The notes below the pieces were generated by a model that did not search any database, was not told the origin of the DNA, and saw nothing but the letters and a program-made list of their open reading frames with translations. A stretch of 64,000 nucleotides of DNA from Naegleria gruberi (lineage: Eukaryota). Positions 10,853 to 22,759 of the stretch are shown one piece after another; position 1 is the first letter of the stretch; each line of letters opens with the position of its first letter. The stretch lies in NCBI GenBank assembly GCA_000004985.1, contig GG738887.1. One strand, given 5' to 3'. The position numbers and the translations under genes are program-made.

Positions 10853-12590
10853 TTACAAGTCAGTTCTTGGTTTCATGAGTAATCTCATATTTTTAGGTCT
10901 AACAGTGACACCAGGTAATGGTTGAACTCTATCTTTCACATCATTTTCATCATTCAATAATTCGAAAGTGTAGAACTGCATCATTCTGCACAGGATGGAG
11001 AATTTCTCGAAAAGTGCAAATCTATAACCAATGCACTTTCTTGATCCCATGGAGAAGGAGGTCAATGTGAAATCGTGCAATTTCTTGGTTTGAGATTCGC
11101 TGTCCATTGGGAATCTTTCAGGATTAAATTCTAAAGGTTTCTCATAATTCTTTTCATAACGATTGGCTGAGTAAATGTTCAAGTTGAGGAAAGTATCTTT
11201 TGGAACGTGATACTTGCCAATGGTTGTGTCTTTCTTGGCAGTTCTAAATACACCAGTGACTGGTGGATGCAATCTTAATGATTCCAACATGACAGCTGTC
11301 ACATATGGCAAATTAGCAAAGTCATCATAATATGGTTTTCTAGCATTTGGTCCTTTTCCATAGTAGTTATCAATTTCTTGTCTAAGCTTGTTTTGAATAC
11401 TTTCATTTTTAGATAATTCATATAATGTCCATTGTAAACTTGTTGCTTTGAAAATGTTACAAAAAATTGATGAATGTTAAAAACCTACACGTTGTTTCAT
11501 GTCCGGCCAGCGAAAACACATATATGTCACTCTTGAGCTCCAAATCTGTCAATCTATCCTTTCCTTCAATTGTCATGTTGGCCTCAACCATCAAGCTCAA
11601 TAAATCTCTTTTTTCTTCATTATTTGATTGAGCATCAGAAACTTCGTCATTATTCAACTCCAGCTCTTTCTTTCTATTATTAATAATTTCGTCTAGTTTC
11701 GTACTGACATTCTCAACAGCTTTATCAACTCCAAAGCACTTGTAAGCTAGTGGAAGAGCAAAATGAAGGAATGGAACTAAATCTTTGAATAAATGATTTA
11801 ACAGAATTCCATTTGTGAACATATTTTCCAATGACCTTCTGAAAATCATTCCTTCTGGATTAGAATCATCGAAAATTGAGAAATCCAATCCGAAACCAGC
11901 CTTTCCAAGAACATCTTGAAATAGTTCAATAAAAAAATTATTAGAAACAAATAAAATTGATCACATACCCAAAGTGATATCACTAAAATCAGCATTAGCA
12001 TCCAATAAAATTCCCTTTTCTCCCTTCTTCAATGCACTTTCAATTTGTTTCTCCCATTTAAATGTACGAATCAAATCGACACTATTTACAGCCACACTTG
12101 TCATGTGTTCCAAGTTTTTCGTACCAAAGGCATTAGAGGCTACTTTGTGGTGTTTTTTCCAATCATCTCCACTATCCAAATTACTCAAAATATTAATGCC
12201 GAAAGTGTTGAATAATTCGTACAAATGAGGAGGCTTGTGGAAGATATGATTCTTGACAACGAGAACTTCCTTCAACATGTCTTTATCACAAATAACAAGG
12301 GCATTGCTCTTACTCATTGTAATTCTGGTAGTTCTTGTTTCTGGATCACCTTTCTCTCTCATTACTTGATCTGTTTCTTCAAAGCTTCCCCAGAAAACAT
12401 ATGGAGCGACCCATGGAATTTTGATTAAAGTTGCAAAGGCTTGCCACGTTCCTGGGACATTTGGCATTTTCTTGTAGTTTGAAATCAAACGCACAGCAAG
12501 ATAGAGTACCCATAATAGGAAACTCAAAATGAGCACAACAACAATTTGTTGGCCAGCAGATAATGAATCAATCAACTCGGTTAAAATCAT
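10853..12590 (-). CDS. Cytochrome P450 monooxygenase (~546 aa). Exons 12590..11969, 11914..11489 and 11445..10853; introns 11968..11915 (54 nt, GTATGT..CAAG) and 11488..11446 (43 nt, GTAGGT..CAAAG).
   Basis: N-terminal membrane anchor. I-helix AGHETTS. ExxR within ESLRLHPP. PERF. Heme-binding loop FSMGSRKCIGYRFA. Spliced junctions give ...ITLG-D-VLGKAGFGLDFS... and ...AGHETT-S-TSLQWTLYELSKN. Confidence 0.85.
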
Positions 12591-13187
12591 TCCGATTCAA
12601 GCAAAAAACAGTAAATATATTTCAAAAGGTGTGTATTGTTCTTTTTTTTGTTTTGTTTTCAGTGTTTCAAAGTTTTTTCCTTTTAAAGGTCGAAGTTTAT
12701 CGGCGGGATGTAATTTAGGAACGAAGTAATGGGACGGAGATAATGAACGGAAGGAAAGCACCCTATTTCTAATGACCTGCTTTTCAACCTCAATGATTAT
12801 TCGATAGAGGATGTATTTTCCGCTTCAAATTGATTTCCCCTAATGGAGTTTTATTTATTGGTCAACTGAGTTTGAATTATCCTCCAACTTTTACAATTTT
12901 ATCTTGAAAATAGCCCTGTTGTTTATTGCAATTAATTTAATAACCATGAAATGAAAATTAGTCATGGAATAATTTTCAACCAAAATTGGAGAAGCAAAAA
13001 ACCTCGCCAATAGAAAGTAAATTTAACCTTCCACTGAACCATTGATAAAATTTCTGCCATTATATCAAGAAGAGAAAATATCTCTAATTAGGCGTTGTTG
13101 AAACTCTTTAAAATGTTTCCAATAACCTAGAATTCTAAATTGAAACCTATTGTCGTAAATTGAAATCTGTAACATGTTTTGAATCCA

Positions 13188-14195
13188 TTAATCACCATTA
13201 AAAACACTACTCTTTCTAAAACTCTCCAATTGAACCATTTGTCCAAAAAGTCCATTCTTGTTAATTTCCTGATCGATATCAGAAGGTGGTGGTGATGAAT
13301 ATTTGGTTTTCTGTCTCTGCTCTTGGAATCTCTCAATATTCGTTATTGGAATGAATAATGGACCTTCATCAAGGTGATTCTTCGATGAGGATGAATTACT
13401 TGTTGAAATCATTCCATAAACTCCATCATTTTCGAATTGTTCCTGAAGTGTTGAGAGTTCATGCAGGTAGAAACGACCCTTAACAGAACGAGGAATGTCG
13501 TCATGATGATCGATGGATTGGAAAATTGGTGGAGGAATCAAACCAATTGTTGTTGATTGTTTCCTGGTGTTCATGAGTGAATTATTGGACATGCCATGGA
13601 CATGACTGGAAGGAGTATGATTGAAAAAGGATAAAAACACACTCAAAAACTTGATTAGTGAAATGGTAGCCAATGAAGAAACCGAAATCCAACCCAAACT
13701 TTTCATCAATTTTCCTGATTTTACAATTTTCTGAATAAACTTCCACAATTTCATCCAAATTGATAATTTTCCATTCTCATCAACAACCACTTCATCAGAA
13801 TTCAATCCACTTTCATCTCCACTTCTTTCCTTATTTTCTTCCAAAACTTGTTCAGAAATTCCTCCTTCTGATAAATCTAATTGTGCTGATGATAATTCCG
13901 CATCTCCATTCTCACTATTATCAATAATGGTAAATGATTTACGAAAATTTGAATTTCCACCTTCCTGTTGCTGTCTTCTACCTTTTTTCTGTTTTACTTC
14001 CGATGATAATGATAATGACGAATTTAGTGTTTTCATATTCTTGTTCTTCTTATCATCTTGATCCATTCGGAACAATAAACGATGAAGTGCCTTCTTTTGT
14101 AATTCGAGGGCTACCCAAGCAACTTCATCCATGTCATCTTGTTGTTGTTGTTGATTGTTATCATGTTGATGATGACGTTGGTTGTTGTTTTGCAT
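13188..14195 (-). CDS. Hypothetical Q/N-rich protein (335 aa).
   Basis: ATG at 14195. N-terminal QNNNQRHHQHDNNQQQQQ tract. One predicted TM-like segment. No family match recognised. Confidence 0.4.
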   Translation of the reverse strand: MQNNNQRHHQHDNNQQQQQDDMDEVAWVALELQKKALHRLLFRMDQDDKKNKNMKTLNSSLSLSSEVKQKKGRRQQQEGGNSNFRKSFTIIDNSENGDAELSSAQLDLSEGGISEQVLEENKERSGDESGLNSDEVVVDENGKLSIWMKLWKFIQKIVKSGKLMKSLGWISVSSLATISLIKFLSVFLSFFNHTPSSHVHGMSNNSLMNTRKQSTTIGLIPPPIFQSIDHHDDIPRSVKGRFYLHELSTLQEQFENDGVYGMISTSNSSSSKNHLDEGPLFIPITNIERFQEQRQKTKYSSPPPSDIDQEINKNGLFGQMVQLESFRKSSVFNGD

Positions 14196-14523
14196 TTTTA
14201 TTCAAATTGGTTTTTTTGAGGATCTTGTGTGTGAAATTTGGTAATGGAGGGAGAATTGTTGATGACTTTCGCACTGTGGAGAATTGAAAGGACGATTACA
14301 ATAAGAACGAAACTTGGTTTGTTTTACAATGAGAAAATTGAGGCCATTCCTTTGGTCAACTCAAATATAGTTACATAACTTTCTTAACATGCACCAATAC
14401 ATTTAGAGTCAACCCTTTTCTATCTGAATCTTTAACATCAATTGAGAAGTAATTTTCTGAAGGTTTTGTAATTTTCATAGCTTGCACTTTTTCATATTTA
14501 CCACTAACTAATGCAATAGATGA

Positions 14524-15779
14524 TCAATAGAAGAGTTTGATTTTAAGTTTTGTTGGTTCATCATCCTCATCATCAGATTCTTCATCATCCTCATCCTCAT
14601 CATAATCCATAACATCATCATCTTCCTCATTGTCATCCTCAGTTTCATCTACATGATCTTCTGGCTCATCATTGACAATAATCGAGTCCTCAAAGAATGT
14701 CCTTAATTCTAAATTGAACTTGCGATGGCATGAATCAAACTGCAACCTTATTTCAACACGGCCATCAAATAATTCAGTTGTCTTGAAAAGTTATCATCAC
14801 AACAAGTTAAAATTTCAATACTTACTTCAATTTCTTCATCCTCATCTTCTCCAGCTTTTACTTTCCTATACTCGGCAGATGAATAGCCATCACAGAAAAA
14901 ACAATGATCGTATCTCCTCGATCTGTTTTGTATTCCTGTAATTTTAGAAAAATCCTCATCTAGGTAAATGGCAGATTCTACTCCTGACAATTTGATTAAG
15001 GATGATATTGATTGTTTAAATGGTGAAAGCATTTCCATAGTCATTGGGGTAACATTCTTTGTTTTTTCGTGAATCCTTTGACATATTAATCTGGCCCTAG
15101 TATGGAATGGAACAATTTCTTGCTGGCAAATGTAATTAATCTCCTCGTCTGAATTTGTATTTTTTGCATGGGGTTGAGAACTTTCAAACACAAACTCTGC
15201 AATTTGCTTCTCTGTCATTATTCTAAGCCATTCCTTGATGAGCCATTGTATTTTAGTACTGGAAGAATTGACCATCTCTTGCATCAATGCTGGTAAATCA
15301 AGGTACTTTGCCAACTTGACAATCTTTTTCAATTTTCCAAGATCATCAGCTAGCCCATTAATATTCAAATTATCTCCATATAAATATTCCAAAACTACAT
15401 CAAAATCAGATCTAACCAAATATGTTCCTTCAGTCAACTCTATTTGCTGACTAATATCTGCCACCTTCGTCATATCAACAACATATTTTCCATCCACAAT
15501 GGCCACATCACTCTATTGTTCAATCATTCTCCGTATCAATCCACTCCTCTTCACAATAAAATCATGAACCTTATACTCAAACCAAGGAGTCTTGATCATC
15601 ACATTCGGAGGAACAATTAATGGCTGATTGTCGCTCCTTTGATAAACAACCGATTGAGCATCATCATCTCTGTAACTTCCATTAAGACTACGGAACATGT
15701 TTAACAAATAATTGGACATGTCCATTTCTTCGAGTTGATTTCGTGGCCAAGCAGAAAGCCAATTAAACCTTTTCGACAT
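14524..15779 (-). CDS. Elongin-C/Skp1-fold (BTB-like) protein with an acidic D/E-rich C-terminal tail. Exons 15779..14826 and 14781..14524; intron 14825..14782 (44 nt, GTAAGT..TCAAG). An in-frame TAG at 15515..15513 interrupts the fold (see findings).
   Basis: KVHDFIVKRSGLIRRMIEQ aligns with Elongin C [21 protein letters not shown]. Downstream IELTEGTYLVRSDFDVVLEYLYG and KIVKLAKYLDLPALMQ align with the rest of the fold. All three track ORFs (15513..15779, 14748..15506, 14524..14745) are joined in one frame after removing the 44-nt intron. Confidence 0.55.
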
Positions 15780-16118
15780 TTTTTTTCTCTTTTAATTTCC
15801 ACTAATTTGTTTCCTTTGTAAAATCTTTGCAAAAAATTGTTGGTATTCAAAGATATTGTTTTATCCAACAATACACCAATAAATTCGGAAATTATGAGCT
15901 TTATTCTACTACACGCACGTAATAGATTATTTTCAACACTGAACAACCACAAAACCAATTTCTACTAATCTATTACCCTTGAAATACTAGCAAACCGAAT
16001 AATGGTTGACAAGATGAAAAACTTGAAAATTAATTTTCAAGAAAATCTTGCCTAATTGTAATAGAATCAATTCTATTACAATTACCTCGTCCAATACTAC
16101 AACCATTATTCAAACACC

Positions 16119-16320
16119 CACAAAGTCTTTGACACTCCAAAAAATCCCCTCACCAACCCTAGAACCCAGTTCTATGTTGGCCTATTGAGCGCAGATCTTC
16201 ATCAAGCATCAAATTTGATCACCTCTATAACACCTAAAAATCCCCTCACCAACCCTAGAACCCAGTTCTATGTTGGCCTATTGAGCGCAGATTTTTAAGC
16301 ACCACAAAGTCCTTGATAAC
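16119..16320. repeat. Tandem duplication (~2.2 copies of a ~98-bp unit).
   Basis: The sequence ...aaaaatcccctcaccaaccctagaacccagttctatgttggcctattgagcgcagat occurs at 16139-16196 and 16236-16292. The flanking cacaaagtc(t/c)ttga(c/t)a also recurs. Confidence 0.7.
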
Positions 16321-16397
16321 ACACCACTAATAAAATAACAATAAAGACGTATCAAAAGAATTAATATACTCACCGAGTGTTGGGGTGGGTGGTGGGG

Positions 16398-16499
16398 AAT
16401 CAAAGTATTAAGCTTGCTCAATGTTGAAAATTTTTTAGACAAATTTTCCTATTTCTTGGTGTATTGTTTACAATAAACTTTAGTGAGTTGAATACTCAC
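16398..16499. repeat. Left copy of an identical 101-bp direct repeat (right copy at 17351..17451).
   Basis: Both copies read aatcaaagtattaagcttgctcaatgttgaaaattttttagacaaattttcctatttcttggtgtattgtttacaataaactttagtgagttgaatactca. Confidence 0.75.
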
Positions 16500-17350
16500 T
16501 CCAATTTATCCAACAATACACCAATAAATTCGGAAATTATGAGCCCATACTAGCAACCTAATTCTTTTGATACGTGATTGGCTAAAACTTAACCACAAAC
16601 TCAACTATCTAGATAAACCATACAAGCTAATTCTTCCATATAAATGGAGAATGTGCCTTAAAGGAGCCTGAATCAATGCATTAGCTTAAATCAAAACATC
16701 ACCTCTCTGGAGAACATCAAGCCAATGATTACTAATCGTGATGAATAAATAGGTTTCGCTGTGAATGGATCATTAAGGGTATTCAATTTTGGAGGTCAAC
16801 AGGAATATTAATACCATGTGGAAGTGGCGGTGTGTGTTCAAGATTATATGCTTGGCTGATAATATTCTCAAATTTAAAACATCTAGCCCATTATGTCCAA
16901 TATATTCGGAAGGATTGATTGAAGCCCTGAATCCTTTGTTAGCAATCAAGTTACTGTTATTAGGTGAGATGGAGACTTGCTGGTTCATCAGTCTTAAGGT
17001 TCATGAATTTCATAAAAGACTAGAGAACCTAAGGTGGAAGTGATGAGTCGTCTCCACTTATTCCGAAGTAAGTACTCTTGGGAAATAATCTTATCTACTT
17101 GCGTATGGTTGAACTCTATCCTTTAGCGTTCACTTTTGCAACCATCAAGAAAAAGGATACTTGTTGTTGTGTATCACCTTGACTATAAGAACAACCGTTT
17201 TGAAAGTGTTAATGTGTTCTGTTGACTTAACAATTATTATAAACAGTGTCCGAATGTTGAAGATGAAGGAACGGATGTCTGGTCGGAAGAGAATTGGTGC
17301 TAGGTTTATCGTGCTGTTTCTTGCTCTGGTTGAAAAAATTACTCTCCTTG

Positions 17351-17451
17351 AATCAAAGTATTAAGCTTGCTCAATGTTGAAAATTTTTTAGACAAATTTT
17401 CCTATTTCTTGGTGTATTGTTTACAATAAACTTTAGTGAGTTGAATACTCA
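17351..17451. repeat. Right copy of the 101-bp direct repeat (spacing 953 bp).
   Basis: Exact match to 16398..16499. Confidence 0.75.
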
Positions 17452-17655
17452 ACTTGGAAAGCTCAAGCAGTGAAATGAAACTCTTGAAAAAAAACCAAAA
17501 AAATACCCGTTCGGCAATTGGCTTATCTTGGTGAGAGATCATTGTCATCATTGGCTTTCTACATCATTAATTTATTTGTGCAGCTTGTTATTGTATTATA
17601 TAAATTGTACATATTCCGAGTGTATATATTTTAATTAGTAATTATAAAGATCATC

Positions 17656-18594
17656 ATGATTGAGCAAGTGATTCAAGTTGCTTCATCATATTGGTATTTA
17701 GTATTAGCACCTTTGGGATTATTTAAATATGAAGGAGCAATGACAACTTTTGACTTGTCAATCATGTCAGCCTTTTTCTTATTCTTTTGCCCAGTGGTGT
17801 TAATTCCATTGTTATTCTTTGGTGTGAGAGCACCTTATGGAAAGTTTGCTTCTACTAATAGCAATGAAGGAGAATCAGCAGTGAGCAAATGGTGGAGAAG
17901 AATATCAAGTAAGACAGATATTGTCTTGAATGGTAGATTTGCATTTGCATTCCAAGAATCATTCGCATTATCTTCCTTCCTCTATGTATTATTAACTTGT
18001 GAATGGAATTGGCAGGATAATTTTTGGCTTAATGCCCAACAAGTGATTGCAACTGCCATGTTTATTGGACATTACATTCATAGAGCATTCATATTTACAT
18101 TGATTAGAACTCATAGTATGAGTGATTCAACCCTATCAACCATGTTGATGGCTTGCTTTTTCTGTTCATGCAACGGTTACTTGAATGCAAAAGGTATTTG
18201 GATTTATAGTGGTGGATATTTTGGAGCTATTAACGTCATTATCATGCTATTAGGAATGATTCTCTATATTATTGGATTTTACATTAACTTCCAATCCGAC
18301 CAAATATTGATTAATCTCAGAAAGAAGAATCAAACCACTGATTCTGAAAAGAAGTACTTTATTCCAACTGGAGGATTATACAAGTATGTTAGTACACCAA
18401 ACTACTTTGGAGAATCGGTCGAATGGTTTGGCTATTTCATGTGCATTCAAAATAGGTTTGCTTTTCTCTTTGTCATTTTGACCTTATCGAACTTGCTGCC
18501 AAGAGCCGTTCAAACACATCAGTGGTATTTGAATAAGTTTGGTGACAAATACAGATCTTTGAACAGAAAAGCATTTGTTCCATATTTGTTATAA
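17656..18594 (+). CDS. 3-oxo-5-alpha-steroid 4-dehydrogenase (steroid 5-alpha-reductase/polyprenol reductase) family membrane protein (312 aa).
   Basis: ATG at 17656. Multi-TM. C-terminal family signature YFIPTGGLYKYVSTPNYFGESVEWFGY. Confidence 0.75.
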   Translation: MIEQVIQVASSYWYLVLAPLGLFKYEGAMTTFDLSIMSAFFLFFCPVVLIPLLFFGVRAPYGKFASTNSNEGESAVSKWWRRISSKTDIVLNGRFAFAFQESFALSSFLYVLLTCEWNWQDNFWLNAQQVIATAMFIGHYIHRAFIFTLIRTHSMSDSTLSTMLMACFFCSCNGYLNAKGIWIYSGGYFGAINVIIMLLGMILYIIGFYINFQSDQILINLRKKNQTTDSEKKYFIPTGGLYKYVSTPNYFGESVEWFGYFMCIQNRFAFLFVILTLSNLLPRAVQTHQWYLNKFGDKYRSLNRKAFVPYLL

Positions 18595-18791
18595 AAGGCA
18601 AATAAGTAGATTAGAAATAATTTTTTATTGCTTGACATGCAACATTTGGTCTATTTCTGGGATTAGATAGTTGCAGCAAACTGCTCACTATGCTTTTTTA
18701 CTTTATTTCTCATTTGCCTTTATTGAGGTACGAAATGATCAGATGAAATGATCAGTGAGTGACAATCAAAAAAAACGATCTAACAAGAATA

Positions 18792-20772
18792 ATGGGACAA
18801 ACTGCAAGTACTGATGTGTTTACATCTCGATCTGCTGGAGTACTTAATATCATTCCAGAAAATGTTTGGAAACAACCTGTCCGATTACAAAACACACAAG
18901 TAGATACCAATCCAGTGGAATTTTCATTTGTTGTGGATGAGAATGGAAGAATTCGAGATTCAACCTCACCAGTTGATAAACCGAAAAGAAGGAAAAAGAA
19001 AACTACCCATGCTACCCAACCAGAAACCCAATCAGGCACAACACCAACTTTGGAAAATCAACAAAAACCAAGAGCAAGTCAACCAAGCGAGCATGTACCT
19101 GAATCAGAAATTCAACAACATCAACAACAAAGAAGTCAATCTTCCAAAAAGCGAGTTGCAATCCCAAAAAAGATTCAACCTCTGCCATCCACTACGACAG
19201 CACCACCTACAATACAAGAAGAACCTACTGAGGAAGAACCTGAATCTTTATATCACTCATCAAGTGAATCATCAGTTCAATCATTGGAACCTTCTAATAT
19301 AGATATGGAAAAACACAAAGGACAACAAATATTTGGATTTGGAACCTCTCAACAGAAACTTTCAGATGAATCAGATAATTCTTCATCTGATTTGAAATCT
19401 GCAAGTGATTTGGAGACAAGCCAAGATGGAGAGTTGACTGGAACTCCAAGAAATGATCCAAGACGTGTTGTTATCATTGACTTTGGCCACCAAACTACTA
19501 AGGTGGGTTATTCTGGAGAGGATAGACCTCGTCTCATCATTCCAAGTTGTTATACTGTATCTACAGTTCCTGCTCAATCAGGAGAACCTGCAAAGAAGAC
19601 AATCAAGTTTGGAGGTACCATCTCAAGATTTGACAGTACATGGTTTCTAAAGCATGGAAAATTTTCATTCAAGAGAAATGATCCTGACCAACAGATTTTC
19701 GTTGCCTATCTCAGATACATTTCCAAGGTATTGTTAGATCTCAAGAATGCATTCAGAGGTAAAACAGTCATGATTAGTTTGCCATACCTATTCGGTGAAG
19801 ATAAGGAACAATTGAGAATATTGTGTGAATGCTTCTTCCATGAAAGTGTTCAAGCCAAGAGCTTGTTTTTATGTGGTTGCCCATTATTCTCCTTCCTGAG
19901 TGCTGCTGCTAATCACGTGACAGAGAATAGAACAACAGGTCTCAGTGTAACAGTTGGACATGGTATCTCTGAGATTGTTCCAATTGTTGAGGGTTGTCCA
20001 TTCTCAACATGTGGATCTCATTCGTATGTTTGTGGCTCGTCACAAAGTGAATTTGTGCTCTCCTTGATTAAGAGTGAAGTGCAGAGACAAGGAGAAACTC
20101 TCGATGAAGAGCTTGTCACCTATGAAAATGTTGAAAAGGAAAAGATGGACAATTGTACCTTGGTGAGATCATTTAGAGTGAATAAGAAACATCCAAATGA
20201 GTGCAAAGCCAAGTTCTTTAAAAAGACATTCGAACCAGTGAAGGGAGATATGCTTGTGGTGTTGGATCATCGTTATTTGACTCCTGAGCTATTGTTCACA
20301 CCCAAGATATTTATTAAGGAGGAATTACAACTTGGTGAGGATGGAAAAACTGAATCCGAACCTAACTGGCTTGGAATTGTTGCATTAATTGAGACTTGTC
20401 TCAAGAAGTGTCCAAAAGAATTTCATGAAATTCTACTTTCTAATGTGATTGTTTCTGGAGGCCCAGCTCAAGTCAGGAATTTTTCAGAGGTATGTTTAAT
20501 TTGAAAATTACATAGTATAATTCTAATTTTAAAAGAGGGTAAAGTATCAGCTCAAAAGAAAATGTGACATTATTGTTAATCCTTTATCCGATATTAAGCC
20601 AAACAAGCCACCTTACGACTTGTCTGCATGGTATGGCATGAGTTTTCTATCCTCAGCCATTGATGTTGACAATAGAGAGCTCGATGGATTACATTGCAGA
20701 ATTCTATTGGAAGAAACGAGATTGGAGCATTATTCTCTCGAAGATGTGTTATTGTCGAAAAAATTATGCTAA
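18792..20772 (+). CDS. Actin-related protein (Arp family) with a ~220-aa low-complexity N-terminal extension. Exons 18792..20489 and 20536..20772; intron 20490..20535 (46 nt, GTATGT..TAAAAG).
   Basis: Actin-fold motifs VVIIDFGHQTTKVGYSGEDRPRLIIPS, TTGLSVTVGHGISEIVPIVEGCPF, LSNVIVSGGPAQV. Exon 2 supplies the actin C-terminal-like IIVNPLSDIKPNKPPYDLSAWYGMSFLSS. The track ORF starts at GTG 18759; the first ATG is 18792. Confidence 0.7.
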
Positions 20773-20868
20773 TATTGCGTGATTTGTTGATTTGTGTGAA
20801 ATTGCAATTTAGTGATTTTACAATAAATTAGTATTAACCCAAAAAAAACAGTTTCAATACTCATTGAT

Positions 20869-22759
20869 TTATTGATGTTCGTTGAATTCTCTCAAAAAGT
20901 GAGACTTCTTGCTTTCAATTACTTCTTGTAACATGCCAACATTCTTACCTGTTTCCTTAGTGGCAACAAGAGCTCTGATTGACATGGCTCTTAAAGCATC
21001 ATAAACAGAGAGTGTACCAGTGGCAGAATTCTTTCTTCCTGTGAAAGGAAGGCTATCAGGACCACGTTGACATTGACAGTTAATGTTAATTCTACTGACG
21101 TGGTGTGTTAATAAATCTACAAGTGGAATAAAGTATTCAGAGTTTACAGCAACACCTGATTCAGTCTTGATGTAAACTGAGGCTTGTTGACCAAATGTTG
21201 TGCTTGTAATGTAATCTTCCAATTCTTGAAGGGTAGAATATGAAACAATTGGAGTGACTGGACCAAATTGTTCTTCGTGGTAAATCTTCATGTCAGAAGT
21301 GACTGGATATAATACAGTTGGAGCAAACAAAGCAGATGAACCTCTGTCAATTCTCTTTTCTGGATTGGTTTCAGTGTCATTGGCGAACAATTGTCCTCTT
21401 TCATTGACAATCTTGGCACCCTTTTCGACTGCTTCCTTAATATATTCTCTTAAAATCTTTGGTTTTTGTGGTTCAGCAAGTGGAGTAATACTGACACCTG
21501 ATTCCCATGGATAACCCATCTTTAAAGCATCTACAGCCTTACTGAACTTGGCTACAAATTCATCTACAATTGATTCGTGAACAAAAAGAACTGTTTTGAA
21601 TCATAATTCCACAAATTAATTCCGAAATTATCCAATCATGAAATACGATTACGTAAAATTTGATTAATAACCATTAGAAATCATGCAAATATTAAAAACC
21701 TACTCTTTTGTGCAGTACAACGCTGGCCATTATATGAAAATGCACCAAGAGCGCATTCAGATACAGCAACGTCAATATCAGCTTCTGGTAAAACAAATCC
21801 AGCATTCTTGGCATCCAATCCAAGAACATTTCTCAATTTGTAAAGATTAGGGTGAGCATTGATGAGTGAGTTGGCAGCATTGTGTGTACCAATAAAAGCC
21901 AAAACATCAATCAAACCAGTCTTCATCATTGGAGGTAAAGTTTCACGACCAGAACCGTGGATAACATTGACAGCTCCAGGTGGGAAACAGTTCTTGAACA
22001 ATTCCAATGTTGGAAGGTGACATAAACCACCAGTTCTTGGTGTCTTTAAGATGACAACATTACCCATCAACAAGGCAGGAATGAGTGTTGTGTATCTATA
22101 TATTTTAAATCAGTGAAATTGTTCCAATAATTCCATCAAACAATCATTGGTCAATGCATATTTCAACAATTCAATTAATCGGAAATAAATTGACTTGACA
22201 CTTACGTTTCATTGAAAGGATAGTTGAATGGAGCAATACACAAGACAACACCCAATGGAGAACGTTTAACTTGAGTACTAATACCTCCTACAGAAATAAT
22301 TTTAGATTGGTGAGTTTCCAATTTGCTCAATTCCTTGATAGTATCTCTGATATATTGAATGGTACGATCAACTTCTTGTTCGGAAGCACTTCTATTCTTA
22401 CAAATTTCCCACATTAACAAGTTGACAATCTCTTCTCTCTTAGCCAACAATCCTTCAGTGAATTTTTGCATACATTCAATCTTCTTTTCTGTGGAATAAC
22501 AAGGCCATTCTCCTCTTCCTTTATCAAAAGCAGTAACAGCAGCTTGAACTGCTTCTTCAGCTTCCTTCTCTGTCATGAAAGCATAATTACCAATGTGATA
22601 TTTAACTTGAGTTTGATCTTGTGGATTAATGGTAGTAACAGGACTGTAAACATGTTCAAATTTACCAGACCAAGTACGAATCTCTCCTCCGATCAAGTAA
22701 TTTTCACCATTAGTAAAAGGTGTTGGTGGTTGCACTGTTGTTGTTGCTGTAGTGGACAT
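20869..22759 (-). CDS. Aldehyde dehydrogenase superfamily enzyme, most similar in motif content to NADP-dependent non-phosphorylating glyceraldehyde-3-phosphate dehydrogenase (GapN/ALDH11-like), 555 aa. Exons 22759..22206, 22095..21704 and 21590..20869; introns 22205..22096 (110 nt) and 21703..21591 (113 nt).
   Basis: Joined protein reads ...IAPFNYPFNETYTTLIPALLMGNVVILKTP...ECALGAFSYNGQRCTAQK-I-LFVHESIVDEFVAKF...EEQFGPV. Catalytic Cys within GQRCTA. Donors GTAAGT and GTAGGT. Total 1668 nt, in frame. Confidence 0.8.

Larger units (their letters stand above)
15861..17451. mobile_element. Cluster of dispersed direct repeats and a tandem duplication with no convincing ORF. Likely degraded transposon/LTR-type debris in the 1.9-kb gap between two genes.
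   Basis: Identical 101-bp repeat at 16398-16499 and 17351-17451. Identical 39-bp repeat ttatccaacaatacaccaataaattcggaaattatgagc at 15861-15899 and 16506-16544 (directly after the first 101-bp copy). ~98-bp unit duplicated in tandem at 16119-16320. G-rich tggggtgggtggtgggg at 16381-16397. Confidence 0.4.

Noticed and set aside
11457-11888. Track ORF starts shown as M at 11888, 11311, 22073, 15506, 43991, 36081, 63698 and elsewhere.
   Set aside because: The underlying codons are TTG, GTG or CTG, which points to a bacterial-style ORF caller. These ORFs are internal exons or have downstream or upstream ATGs. True starts were re-derived from ATG positions and splice sites.
15483-15515. A 32-nt GTGGAT..CAATAG intron that would remove the in-frame TAG in the Elongin-C-like gene.
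   Set aside because: It would delete the SGLIRRMIEQ segment, which aligns well to Elongin C. It is shorter than any other intron here. The spliced frame then hits TGA immediately.
16119-16320. Possible CRISPR array or minisatellite at the tandem repeat.
   Set aside because: There are only ~2 copies of a ~98-bp unit and no regular spacer architecture. The context is eukaryotic. It is treated as a simple tandem duplication within repeat debris.
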